Virus record (IMG/VR): IMGVR_UViG_3300005805_000051
Location: 32,001-96,000 of that record
DNA from: a virus
Reading direction: 5' to 3' (one strand)
DNA: 64,000 nt
Shown: positions 21,153-30,411 of the stretch, in pieces
Numbering within the stretch: the first letter of the stretch is position 1
Layout of the letters: each line of letters opens with the position of its first letter
Position numbers and translations under genes: made by a program
The notes under the pieces: generated by a model
Databases searched by the model: none
What the model saw: only the letters and a program-made list of their open reading frames with translations
What the model was told of the DNA's origin: nothing

Positions 21153-21737
21153 TTATGCTCGCAGTAATGCGTCTAACTGATTTTCTATTGAAGGCACAAT
21201 ACGCGGTTCGACAATCTTGATTTCTCGTCGAGTATCGTTTGCTTCTTCTTCTTGCTCGTAGACAGTTTTAATTTCGCGTACGGCGGTACCTAAACTCAAA
21301 TATGTTTCCCGATTGACAAAGTACCGTTCCCCATCAATAAGTTGGATGTATTGGGTGTCAGGCAACGGAGTTACTTCATTCTGGCTACGAGCAACACCAT
21401 CTAAGGCACCTGCGCTACTTTCGTATTTTTTTGCGATGTAGTTTTCAAATTCTTCGTTTGACATCGGCCAATCATACCAATCACGCATATTGTTGGCTAA
21501 CAAAATTAACCACACATACTGGGTGCTGCCATAAAACTTTGCCGCCACTGTATCTGCGCGTTCCGACTCTTGTACCCGATAGGTAACAAATGGAATCGAC
21601 TCCGACCCCGTAGCCAAACTTTGCAGTTGAAATCGCACGGTCATATCTGGCACCGTGCGATTGACAGGCAGACCAGTGTCGTCCGTATATTCAGTCGCGG
21701 TATAAGGAATGCGTGGAAGACGAGTAAAATAATTCAT
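21153..21737 (-). CDS. gp53: Baseplate wedge subunit
   Basis: YFTRLPRIPY, ERADTVAAKFYG..WLILLANN..DWPMS, YEQEEEAND..REIKI. Confidence 0.9.
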   Translation of the reverse strand: MNYFTRLPRIPYTATEYTDDTGLPVNRTVPDMTVRFQLQSLATGSESIPFVTYRVQESERADTVAAKFYGSTQYVWLILLANNMRDWYDWPMSNEEFENYIAKKYESSAGALDGVARSQNEVTPLPDTQYIQLIDGERYFVNRETYLSLGTAVREIKTVYEQEEEANDTRREIKIVEPRIVPSIENQLDALLRA

Positions 21738-21739
21738 GG

Positions 21740-22762
21740 CTAGAATCGATAACGAGTTCTATTTTTTGTAATTGTATCAAACACTCCAGCATTTTCTAAT
21801 GTTCCCTCTACGGTAACTGGGTTTTCAATCACAATTTGATTTCGTGTTAAAAATGACACTTCTTTGAATGTCATAGACACATCAATTTTTGTTGGATATC
21901 GTTTGACATCGTTTCCTACAGTTTTAAACAACTTTGGAGAGTCTACTCCGTCTGCATAATTCACTTGCATACTTGTCAGCACTGAAGGCAACAGTGTGAA
22001 TGTGGTGTCTGCAATCGAATAAATAATTTGCCATTCTAACGGAAACTTTAACCATGTTCCAAACTGTCCAGCTAGTGTAGACGTAAACTCGGGTAGCATG
22101 TAAAACTTGAAGTATTGAAGAATCTTATCTATTGTTTGAGATTCGTGCAATGACTTTGGTTGAAATGTGTACACAAAAGTGTGTTCGCGAAATGGCACAT
22201 TTTCATATAACACTTCGGTAAACGGGTTCACCGTTTTATTCATTGCTAGTGTTGCCGCATCTTTAAATGTTTCGCTGATTCCGCCTAACCCTTGTAATGC
22301 CCCTGTTGTGCCTGCATCAACGAGGGTCGAACCGGCTTCACCCGCAATACCAGCAAGCCCACCAACAGTAGCTTTTACTTTATCAATCCATCCGTCCGCA
22401 TTTTGTACCGCATTTTTTAATTTGTTGGCTTCTTCAAGAATGTTTTTTCCACCTACCGCTAACGAACCTACAGCACCACCTAATGATGCGTCACGATATC
22501 CCACAGAAAATGTGGTTGATAACGCGGACGATGGGATAGGAAGTGCAATCGTGCGTCGAGGTCCGGGCAATCCGTCTAGTAATGAAGTCGGTGTCCCTGA
22601 AGAACCACCGATAGAAACTATTCGATTGCGTTCATATGGACCAAACAACACATACGGGATACCAAGCTTTGACAGATTGGTCGGAAACTTGACACAATCT
22701 GTCCCGAATACCGTAAGCGGATCTCTTGACGGGTCGTCGTATGAATAAAAGTTATCGGCCAT
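21740..22762 (-). CDS. gp48: Baseplate tail-tube cap
   Basis: NP..EVLYENVPFREHTFVYTFQPKS..ES, P..WQIIY, LTSMQVNY, TFKE; start moved to ATG 22762. Confidence 0.8.
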   Translation of the reverse strand: MADNFYSYDDPSRDPLTVFGTDCVKFPTNLSKLGIPYVLFGPYERNRIVSIGGSSGTPTSLLDGLPGPRRTIALPIPSSALSTTFSVGYRDASLGGAVGSLAVGGKNILEEANKLKNAVQNADGWIDKVKATVGGLAGIAGEAGSTLVDAGTTGALQGLGGISETFKDAATLAMNKTVNPFTEVLYENVPFREHTFVYTFQPKSLHESQTIDKILQYFKFYMLPEFTSTLAGQFGTWLKFPLEWQIIYSIADTTFTLLPSVLTSMQVNYADGVDSPKLFKTVGNDVKRYPTKIDVSMTFKEVSFLTRNQIVIENPVTVEGTLENAGVFDTITKNRTRYRF

Positions 22763-22804
22763 ATTGGTATCTAAATAGGAAACGGACATTAGTATATAGG
22801 GACT

Positions 22805-23260
22805 ATGGCACGATATCATCAGGGGAAGTTCATTCCGAGGAACCCCCACAAGTATGTGGGTGACCCGAGCAACATCATCTATCGGTCGTCGTGGGAATTT
22901 AACTTCCTACAATGGGCCGACCGTGAAGAGAATGTCTTGCGATACGCATCGGAAGAGCTACATATCCCGTACTACTTTCAAGGTGACGGCAAATGGCATC
23001 GGTATTTCCCCGACTTCATCTTGCATGTCAAAGATAAAAACGGCACACAGCAGGTTTGGATGGTAGAAATCAAGCCGCAGCACCAAACACAACATCCCCA
23101 AACGAAGCGGTTTCGGTCAAAACAACGGCAGCTTCGGGAGACGATGGAGTACGCGAAGAACCAAGCAAAGTGGGCGGCCGCCGATACCTTTTGCCGCAAT
23201 AAAGGGTGGCGGTTCATGATTCTTACCGAAAAGGAACTGTATGGCGACCGATCCCTTTGA
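22805..23260 (+). CDS. gp4: Head completion protein (TnsA-like nuclease fold)
   Basis: GKFIPRNPHKYVGDPSNIIYRSSWE, HRYFPDF, EIKP, NQAKWAAA. Confidence 0.95.
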   Translation: MARYHQGKFIPRNPHKYVGDPSNIIYRSSWEFNFLQWADREENVLRYASEELHIPYYFQGDGKWHRYFPDFILHVKDKNGTQQVWMVEIKPQHQTQHPQTKRFRSKQRQLRETMEYAKNQAKWAAADTFCRNKGWRFMILTEKELYGDRSL

Positions 23261-23993
23261 CGCACTCGTCCTGCGGAACGCACCCCAGTTTCTTGCAGGC
23301 AACTATCGTATACTCCCTCGTAATGCGTTTCGCGGGGTGTTTCACGACGCTCCTCCCGACCGTCGAGTCTTGACCGGTCAGACCCTTCCAAATGTGCCAA
23401 ACTTGACTTTTGTGCCGTTACTCAAGCAGCTTGGTGCGATTGCCAACCAGCGGACACCCGCAGGCGTGGCCGCATGGGTTAAAACCGCGACCTATTTGCT
23501 TGGCCGGGTCGATGACGACGACCAGCGCGAAGTCATGCAGAAATACCAAACGCTAAAAAGCTTTAGTGTTTCTCCGTCGCAAATGTTGCCGGGATTTCTC
23601 TATACCTTTCGCTATCAAGCAAAAGCAAATCAGTTTGACCGATTCCCCCTGACACTGGTATTAGACAAAGACAAAACCAGCATCTTGGGATTGAACTTCC
23701 ACTATTTGCCGTTAATCTGGCGGTTTGCATTCTTTGAAGCGTTAATGCCGTTGATTGCACCACTCCCTGTGTCTCAGCGGACACGGATTCTTGCAACTTA
23801 TCAACGTCTTTCTACCGGCACTAAATACTATTATTGGGAATCAACCGTGAAACGATACACGATGAAGCAGATTCAAAGTCGTGCGATATTCATAACCCCG
23901 ATTGAGTGGGCCGCGGCAATAGCGTATCCGAGCGATATGTTTATTCGGACAACATCCAATATAGTGTATACCCAGAGTCTTCGTAACAAGTAA
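23241..23993 (+). CDS. gp2: DNA end protector protein
   Basis: G.LYTFRY, DRFPL, GLNFHYLP, VKRY, EW..AI..P. Confidence 0.85.
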   Translation: MATDPFDALVLRNAPQFLAGNYRILPRNAFRGVFHDAPPDRRVLTGQTLPNVPNLTFVPLLKQLGAIANQRTPAGVAAWVKTATYLLGRVDDDDQREVMQKYQTLKSFSVSPSQMLPGFLYTFRYQAKANQFDRFPLTLVLDKDKTSILGLNFHYLPLIWRFAFFEALMPLIAPLPVSQRTRILATYQRLSTGTKYYYWESTVKRYTMKQIQSRAIFITPIEWAAAIAYPSDMFIRTTSNIVYTQSLRNK

Positions 23994-23994
23994 T

Positions 23995-24729
23995 ATGTCG
24001 ATTACATCCTTTCGTCCAGACGCGTTTTTTGCAAAAACGGCACATTTTGCCAGTCAAGGGCGCGGTCTATTTACGCTCACCCCTGATACCGCAAAAGCCA
24101 CGCAAGGTGCAGTCGACGACGGGGGTCACATTCTTGATACGACAAAGACCTCCCGTGATTACAACAAAGCTAAAATTACCGAAGGTCTGGCGTTATTATC
24201 GCGAGGATTGGTCGCTAAAAATTTTAGCATTCCGTCGCTACAATTGAATACCTATGAACCATTTAGCTACATGGGCCCCACCAAAAAAATGCCATATGGG
24301 TTACAGTTTAGTGACCTTGAGGTAGAATTTTATCTAATGGGGTCGTCTCAGTCCGAAGCTGGTTGCTTACATTATTTGTTCTCTCGTTGGATGGAAGGCA
24401 TTGCGGGCCCGCGTGTTGGAAGTAACGAGTTTTCATTACCAGACAGCAATATGCCTACTTCAGACGCAACGGTGTTTGAAGTCGAATATTATAACAACTA
24501 TATCGCTAGTGCAGAAATTCGTATTTACTCACCTACGGATGAAGTTCTACCTACAGCAAATAATGTCACTTCTCCCTCTAAACCGCAAGTCATCACCCTA
24601 GTCAAGTTTAGTGAACTTTTTCCGATTGCGTTAGGGCCGCTCCAACTTTCGTGGGAATCACCGGATGCTCCGTTGTCTTTGAGCGTAACTTTTGCTTACT
24701 ACTATCATCGTGTTATTTCTGTCGTCTAG
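23995..24729 (+). CDS. Tail-tube-fold protein (gp54/gp19-like)
   Basis: GPTKKMPY, WMEGI, ELFPIALGPLQLSW..LSVTFAYYY. Confidence 0.75.
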   Translation: MSITSFRPDAFFAKTAHFASQGRGLFTLTPDTAKATQGAVDDGGHILDTTKTSRDYNKAKITEGLALLSRGLVAKNFSIPSLQLNTYEPFSYMGPTKKMPYGLQFSDLEVEFYLMGSSQSEAGCLHYLFSRWMEGIAGPRVGSNEFSLPDSNMPTSDATVFEVEYYNNYIASAEIRIYSPTDEVLPTANNVTSPSKPQVITLVKFSELFPIALGPLQLSWESPDAPLSLSVTFAYYYHRVISVV

Positions 24730-24749
24730 TTTTTTTAGTGAGGTATATC

Positions 24750-25511
24750 ATGAAACTTCCGTTAGTTGATACATACGCATTTCCGGTAACCGTCCCGTCA
24801 TCAAATACAAGCATCACGATTCGACCATTTTTGGTGAAGGAAGAAAAGCTGTTACTGATGGCACAGCAAAGCAAAAGTTACGACGAACAGGTCGAAGCGA
24901 TTGCTCAAGTGATTCGTAACTGCACGAACAATCAAGTTGAGCCAAAAACCGCCCCCTTCTTTGATATCGAATATCTCCTGATTCAACTTCGCACTCGCAG
25001 TGTGGGAGAAACAATCAGTCCCTACTATGTGTGCCGAAATAAAGTAAATGAAGAAGAATGTGGGCACCGTACGGCGGTGACCATTAATCTCCAAGAAATC
25101 AAGGTGACAGACTTCGTTACCACTATTCCGGTGAAGTCACTACAGGTATCACCACGATATGTACTAAACCTTCGCTATCCAACTGTCTATACCGTGCAAC
25201 GGCTGTTATTATTTAACGCTTCCGTAGATGACGCGGAACGCAGCAAACTGGCCGTAGATGTCGTCGATAGCTTGATTGACGTATTCGATACCCTCGAAGA
25301 TAAAGATACCGGCACTCTGTATAAGTTTGACGACTTCAATCGAACACAAAAGATTGAGTTTTTAAACAGCTTGCTCTCGACCGATTACGAGAAGATTACC
25401 CAGTTTGTGGCTGAGATGCCGACCGTGTATGTAGAAACATCATACACATGTGAAAAATGTGCGTTCGAACACAGCATCCGGTTACAGGGCATGTCGGATT
25501 TTTTAGGCTAG
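24750..25511 (+). CDS. gp26: Baseplate hub assembly chaperone
   Basis: RPFLVKEEKLLLMA, FDIEYLLIQLRTRSVGE, LRYPT, C-terminal CxxC..LQGMSDF; ATG 24750 follows GAGG. Confidence 0.9.
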   Translation: MKLPLVDTYAFPVTVPSSNTSITIRPFLVKEEKLLLMAQQSKSYDEQVEAIAQVIRNCTNNQVEPKTAPFFDIEYLLIQLRTRSVGETISPYYVCRNKVNEEECGHRTAVTINLQEIKVTDFVTTIPVKSLQVSPRYVLNLRYPTVYTVQRLLLFNASVDDAERSKLAVDVVDSLIDVFDTLEDKDTGTLYKFDDFNRTQKIEFLNSLLSTDYEKITQFVAEMPTVYVETSYTCEKCAFEHSIRLQGMSDFLG

Positions 25512-25693
25512 GGTTTCAGTATGATACGTTAGGCAATCACTTTCAAACGAACTTTGTGCTGATGCAAGACCACCACTGGTCGTGGACAGACATTCAGAAC
25601 ATGGTGCCGTTTGAACGGGACATTTACATCATCCTCTTGCGTCAGTGGGTCGAGAAAAAGAATGAGGAGACAAAGAGGCAGACCACACGATAA
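25499..25693 (+). CDS. gp51: Baseplate hub assembly catalyst; probably reached by a -1 frameshift from gp26
   Basis: NFVLMQDHHWSWTDIQNMVPFERDIYIILL; no SD-led start before the conserved part. Confidence 0.8.
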   Translation, partial: FFRLGFQYDTLGNHFQTNFVLMQDHHWSWTDIQNMVPFERDIYIILLRQWVEKKNEETKRQTTR

Positions 25694-25703
25694 ATAGGCG
25701 CAT

Positions 25704-28169
25704 ATGGCAGAAAATCGCAATCCTTCAAAAAAAATATCCTTCGTGGAGCAGTTTTACAAGCCCGAAGCAGTTCAATCTGAGATGGCTAAGACATTTCTGA
25801 ATGTCACAAAAGAGCTATCGGATAAAAAAGCAATGGCTCTAAAAAAGACTATTGCCCCGTTCGAGAAGCAAGTTGAAGGAACTTTAATTAGTTCTTCGGG
25901 TGAAAAGCAATCACTGGTTGAGTTATATTACAATCAGATTGCTGAGATTTATTATGGCTCCGCCGAAGCATCAACGGATATTATTAAGCGAGAACTGCTT
26001 CCTACGTTGGAAGATATCAGTTCATCTCTTCGATCAGAAATTGCATTAAGTGACGAAGAAAAAGACCCTCTTCTAAAAATTATCGGAGAAGCACAAGATG
26101 CGTTAAAATCTCGCATCAGTGTTATTGGTCGTGTTGCGGCAAAAACAAAAGCTCTTGCCGGCAGTGGCGTTGTTCAATCGTTCCTCGCAGGGGCAGCGAC
26201 CGACAACCCCCTAGTAGCATTAGCTGTATTTGCCGCTAGCAACCGACCAAACAAGAAAAAAACCGTCGAAATTGAAGAATCGCGCCGGCAAGCATCAATG
26301 GAGCGAGGAAAAAAATCGTTTGCCGCATTAGACGAAGCGACTGCTCCTACCGCAACCAAAGAAGGTCGAGCAGGAACACGACCATCAGCAAAAGCGTTGT
26401 CATCGTCTGCTGGAGGCGATGGAGGATTTGCTCTTGGTGATGGGGAGGGTGGTGGTGGAGGTATTGCAGGCATTCTTGCAAAACAAACCACCACATTAGA
26501 AAGCATTGACGCGTCGATGAAAGGTATGGTTGAACTGTTTAGTAAGCAGTTTGACCTTCAACAACGGCAGGCGGAAGAATCAACATTTGAAACTAGCTCT
26601 GCGGTCAAGATGACTAAAGAAAAAGCTGATGATGGCAAGGAAGAAAAAAAACAAAAAGGATTTCTGGAAACCTTACTTGGTGGATTTGTCGGAGTTGCAG
26701 ACTTTATCAAAGGCTTACTTCCTAATTGGATGACCGAACTTGGTGGTAAACTTTTTGGAATGATTTCTACGCTTGGGAGTACCTTAAGTACCGCACTTTC
26801 GTCTCTTGGTTCGACTCTTTCTGGTGCATTTTCAGCTCTCAAAGGTGGACTTTCAAGTCTTTTGTCAAATATTTTGCCCGCTGGAGCAGGAGCTACCGCA
26901 GCATTTTTAGGTGGTGGATTGGCTGGTGTGGCGGCCACAGCCGCTACATTTAAAGCCATCAACGCAGGTCCAGCCCTTGTCGGAAGTGTTTACAAGAAAG
27001 CTAAAGAATACGGACTCGATCAAACAGGTTCAGTTACTGAAATTTCAAAACGTATTCGTGCCTATGAACAATCAAAAGGCATGACCCTTTCGAAACAAGC
27101 CCGTGTTATTAATGAAGGTGGAAAACCTGTTCTCCTAGAAGAAGGCGATCCTCGATTGACCGCAGCACCGGCGGCCGCACCTGAAAAGGCTGCATCATCT
27201 GCGGCACCTACATCTACTGGCACTCCGTCTTCTCCACCACCAGCTCCACCAGCCCCAACACCTTCGGCAGCACCAGCAGCAGCACCAACGCCTCCAGCAC
27301 CTCCACCACCGTCTGCAACACCGACGCCTGCACCCACGGGCCCGGCTGCTGAATCATTGGGGAGTGTTGATGAAAACATGAAAATGATTATGCAGCATGA
27401 GGGCGTGCGGACACGACCCTATAAAGATTCTCTCGGACTGTGGACCGTTGGTGTGGGGCATCTCATCGGTGATGGAAAAACGCTCCCCCCTGAAATGAAC
27501 CGCGAATTTTCACAAGCGGAAGTCATGAGCATGTTCAAAAAAGATTATGAACATCATGCCACAGCCGCAGCAAAAATTCCCGGCTTCAACAAAATGAATT
27601 CTACGGGCAAGGGCGCGCTCATCGACCTCACCTTCAATATGGGACCAAAATGGTATACAAAGTGGCCCAATACCGTAAAAGCTCTTAGTGCTGGAGATGC
27701 GGAAGGTGCGGCAAGTGGTCTTGAAAATTCAAAATGGTATCGTCAAGTAGGCAACAGAGCGCGAAAAATTGTTTCAATGGTTCGTGCAGGATTTTCGGGT
27801 AAACCCACAACCACCCCTGACGCTGCGTCTGGTAATGTCCCCACACGATTTGCCGAAGCTTCAACCGGCGGTGGTGCGGGAGGGGGAGCGGGTGCTGGTA
27901 GTGCAACCACATCTATGGCACAAGCATCTCCCTCAACTGGTGGTGCCCCAATAACAGCCGCTCCTGCTGGTGGTGATATGGTAGCCACAGGTCGTGCATC
28001 GATGACCCCAAGCTTACAAGTTGCCTCCGCTGCTCCGTCTTCAGGTGGTGTAGTTGTTGGAGGTTCAAGCACCAATGTCATCAACAACGGGGGTGGTGGA
28101 CAACCGATGGGACGACTACCCGCACCAGTCGACGGGGAACCCGTTGTGCGTCGTGTGATTAACGCCTAA
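25704..28169 (+). CDS. Tape-measure-like protein (gp29 position) with a Pro/Ala linker and phage lysozyme (GH24) domain
   Basis: Helical N-terminus, G/S/L heptad-like repeats, HEGVRTRPYKDSLGLWTVGVGHL..LIDLTFNMG..SKWYRQVGNRA. Confidence 0.75.
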   Translation: MAENRNPSKKISFVEQFYKPEAVQSEMAKTFLNVTKELSDKKAMALKKTIAPFEKQVEGTLISSSGEKQSLVELYYNQIAEIYYGSAEASTDIIKRELLPTLEDISSSLRSEIALSDEEKDPLLKIIGEAQDALKSRISVIGRVAAKTKALAGSGVVQSFLAGAATDNPLVALAVFAASNRPNKKKTVEIEESRRQASMERGKKSFAALDEATAPTATKEGRAGTRPSAKALSSSAGGDGGFALGDGEGGGGGIAGILAKQTTTLESIDASMKGMVELFSKQFDLQQRQAEESTFETSSAVKMTKEKADDGKEEKKQKGFLETLLGGFVGVADFIKGLLPNWMTELGGKLFGMISTLGSTLSTALSSLGSTLSGAFSALKGGLSSLLSNILPAGAGATAAFLGGGLAGVAATAATFKAINAGPALVGSVYKKAKEYGLDQTGSVTEISKRIRAYEQSKGMTLSKQARVINEGGKPVLLEEGDPRLTAAPAAAPEKAASSAAPTSTGTPSSPPPAPPAPTPSAAPAAAPTPPAPPPPSATPTPAPTGPAAESLGSVDENMKMIMQHEGVRTRPYKDSLGLWTVGVGHLIGDGKTLPPEMNREFSQAEVMSMFKKDYEHHATAAAKIPGFNKMNSTGKGALIDLTFNMGPKWYTKWPNTVKALSAGDAEGAASGLENSKWYRQVGNRARKIVSMVRAGFSGKPTTTPDAASGNVPTRFAEASTGGGAGGGAGAGSATTSMAQASPSTGGAPITAAPAGGDMVATGRASMTPSLQVASAAPSSGGVVVGGSSTNVINNGGGGQPMGRLPAPVDGEPVVRRVINA

Positions 28170-28201
28170 AAAAAGCCCCGTTGGCCGAAACCAACGGGGC
28201 T
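28168..28201 (-). terminator. Intrinsic terminator between convergent genes
   Basis: 11-bp stem AGCCCCGTTGG/CCAACGGGGCT with an A7 tract (U-tract on the minus strand). Confidence 0.85.
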
Positions 28202-28222
28202 GAGTTCCACCCGACTTACGCA

Positions 28223-29149
28223 CTAATCATCATCAAACTTCCGCAGTCGTGCGTCGTCTTCGTCCTCGTCGTCATCACTGACACTCGGGGGCGTCCACGG
28301 GCGTGCCGAGGTTGGAACCGGCACGTCATCATCCTCATCCAGCTTCGCAACCGCAGGACGACGGGTGGCACTCACAGGGGCATCATTCGGCGTCAGGTAT
28401 ACTGACGTATCGAATGTCATCACCTTATCAAGCTTCTTCTTCAACTCTTCATACGACTTGAACTTCTCCGGTGCGACAATCTCCGTCAGCGACCGCAGCC
28501 CGTTCAGCACCTGAAGAATCGCGGTTTCGTTGCCCTTCAGCAGCGGTGACGGCGCTTCAAATGCAGAATCATCATAGTTGGGATAGCCCGCCTGCTTCTT
28601 CTGACGCAGACGGAAGTTCGCCCCGTCAATCACATGGAACGGATCAACCGGCTGATCATCCTCGAACTCCGGCTCAATCGCCTTCGTGATCTTGTCGAAA
28701 ATCTTCTGACCGAAACGGAACAGAAACACCTTACCGTCGTTCTCGGGATTTCCCTTGTCCTGCACGACATAGATGTTTGCCACATAGGTCTTCTTACGTG
28801 ACTGCTTTCGTACCTGATCTCGCAGGGTATCATCCTTCGTCGCCCACATGCGTGAGTTGTAATCCCCAACGGGATCAGACTCTCCAATCGTCGTGCGACT
28901 CAGTTCGATATACCAGCCGTTCGGTCCTTCAAACGCATGACGATAGAACGACACAAACGGAATCGTCTCCGGCGGGGGCGCAGGAAGAAACCGGATGATC
29001 GCGGACCCATTGCCTGCCTTATCGACGGTCGGCTTCCAATAGCCTTCGTCGTCGCGGGCCCCGCCTTCCTTCGTCTGACTCTTGACCGCCGCCTTGAGCT
29101 TATCCAGCGAACTACTCTTCAACAGACTCTGAAACTGAGATGGTGACAT
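28223..29149 (-). CDS. gp32: Single-stranded DNA-binding protein
   Basis: WKPTVDKAGNGSAIIRFLPAP, WYIE, NIYVVQD, GANFRL, NYDDSAF; acidic tail. Confidence 0.97.
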   Translation of the reverse strand: MSPSQFQSLLKSSSLDKLKAAVKSQTKEGGARDDEGYWKPTVDKAGNGSAIIRFLPAPPPETIPFVSFYRHAFEGPNGWYIELSRTTIGESDPVGDYNSRMWATKDDTLRDQVRKQSRKKTYVANIYVVQDKGNPENDGKVFLFRFGQKIFDKITKAIEPEFEDDQPVDPFHVIDGANFRLRQKKQAGYPNYDDSAFEAPSPLLKGNETAILQVLNGLRSLTEIVAPEKFKSYEELKKKLDKVMTFDTSVYLTPNDAPVSATRRPAVAKLDEDDDVPVPTSARPWTPPSVSDDDEDEDDARLRKFDDD

Positions 29150-29214
29150 ACTCTTTCATTCTCCTTAACACTGACATTCCAAGCAAGATAGACAATATAG
29201 ACAGTATAGACAAA

Positions 29215-29523
29215 TTAACCAAGTTTATCCAATAGAAACGAATTATCTTTCAACAATCGCCGACGAGACATCTCTTCCAACAGTGCCAACTTTAAGGTCG
29301 GGGTCAATAGCGGCTTTACGGATTCGTAATCCCGCTGGTAATATTCACAGAGTTCCAGAATCGCCTCGAAGTGCGATATCTGGTACCGTTGCACAACGGT
29401 CAGCACCACTTTAGTAAACGCTTCCGGGGTAATCTCGGCATCTTGTTCCGGCAAGCGTTCATCTGCGTGTTGGAACATTTGTCCGAAACTACGAACCGTG
29501 AGCGTAGAATTTGTGCTGTCCAT
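29215..29523 (-). CDS. gp33: Late promoter transcription co-activator
   Basis: ISHFEAILELCE..ESVKPLLTPTLK; adjacent to gp32. Confidence 0.7.
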   Translation of the reverse strand: MDSTNSTLTVRSFGQMFQHADERLPEQDAEITPEAFTKVVLTVVQRYQISHFEAILELCEYYQRDYESVKPLLTPTLKLALLEEMSRRRLLKDNSFLLDKLG

Positions 29524-30085
29524 ATGTCTTTACATGTTGTAACTGCTTTGACCACGCCGGCGAAATTGACACATGATGGAAGTGTGTGATGTTTTCGTAC
29601 GACTCCCGTAGTATAGCACGATTTTGAAGAAATGTTTTAGCCATGTCGATATATTTTTGTGGTGGCACACGACGCCACTTCGCATAATCGGCTGTCCATG
29701 AAAATTGTGCAGCTTGATAAACGACACCACAGACAGTGTGTGGATACGCATCAGACGACATCCGGTTGAAAACTACCGCCGCGACCGCCTCAATGCCTGC
29801 TACGGGTTCATATGCCGATTCAAAGAAAATATTTTGGGCAAGACACAACACTTCATTCGTGACCCGCTTCGGTCGCGTGACTTTTGCGCGTTTCACTGAC
29901 TTAACTTTTTCTGGCGTACTCCGCTGTAATGTGGCCGGACGAATTGCAATATGGTCGACAGGGGTGAATGTGTATACATTTTTCGGACGATTCCCGATGC
30001 CTTGACTTATGGCCATGACAATCAGAGTCAGGGCTAACCCTCGTGACGCCCAAATCCGAATCGACGATTCTCGTTTTCGTGCCAT
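29489..30085 (-). CDS. SleB-like cell wall hydrolase (Hydrolase_2) with N-terminal membrane anchor
   Basis: CLAQNIFFES..AVAAVVFNRM..YPHTVCGVVYQ..QFSW..GQHKFY; SD GAGGAG. Confidence 0.9.
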   Translation of the reverse strand: MARKRESSIRIWASRGLALTLIVMAISQGIGNRPKNVYTFTPVDHIAIRPATLQRSTPEKVKSVKRAKVTRPKRVTNEVLCLAQNIFFESAYEPVAGIEAVAAVVFNRMSSDAYPHTVCGVVYQAAQFSWTADYAKWRRVPPQKYIDMAKTFLQNRAILRESYENITHFHHVSISPAWSKQLQHVKTYGQHKFYAHGS

Positions 30086-30099
30086 TGCTCCTCGCTTGG

Positions 30100-30138
30100 A
30101 AAAAGAAAAACGCCGGTTTTGGGTCAGCGGAGCCGGCG
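30100..30138 (-). terminator. Intrinsic terminator downstream of the tmRNA
   Basis: CGCCGG..CCGGCG stem followed by TTTTTCTTTTT on the minus strand. Confidence 0.65.
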
Positions 30139-30139
30139 C

Positions 30140-30400
30140 GCTGTGATGATCACTTCTGTTGCAAGGTGGAACATCGAACCCCTGACTCATGAATGAGTCA
30201 AGTAGCTGCTAGGCAGCCATTGCGAACTGATAGGTGTCAGTTGCGAGTGTCTCTGTTTAACGTCAGCGACTTGACGATAGCCTCCATAGCTTTCTGCCGA
30301 TACTCTGTCGAATCCAAGTCACCCCCGTAAGTTTGAATGGTGGAGGTGGGCGGGTTCGAACCGCCGTCCAAAATATCCGAACGCTACTTCATCAGCTACA
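30140..30400 (-). ncRNA. ssrA: tmRNA, circularly permuted two-piece form; tag (A)ATDTYQFAMAA
   Basis: Acceptor piece ends GGCGGTTCGAACCCGCCCACCTCCACCA (to 30338). An 11-nt spacer precedes the coding piece GGGGGTGACTTGGATTCGAC (from 30326). G3-U70 pair present; tag ORF at 30244-30209. The outer ends are approximate. Confidence 0.9.
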
Positions 30401-30405
30401 TTCTG

Positions 30406-30411
30406 TATTTA
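30406..30411 (-). promoter_or_regulatory. T4-type late promoter box (TAAATA) driving the tmRNA
   Basis: Same (A/C)TAAATA box at 2145, 10359, 16067, 22772(+), 25691(+), 31180(+), 33483, 36282, 38737, 40724, 41422, 41746, 44188, 48763, 55979, 57586(+), 58597, 59941 and 62349, each just upstream of a gene start. Confidence 0.75.

Noticed and set aside
30338-30370. Stand-alone tRNA or attachment-site fragment
   Set aside because: The matching 5' acceptor strand, the tmRNA GGATTCGAC motif and a tag ORF follow, so a permuted tmRNA explains it better.
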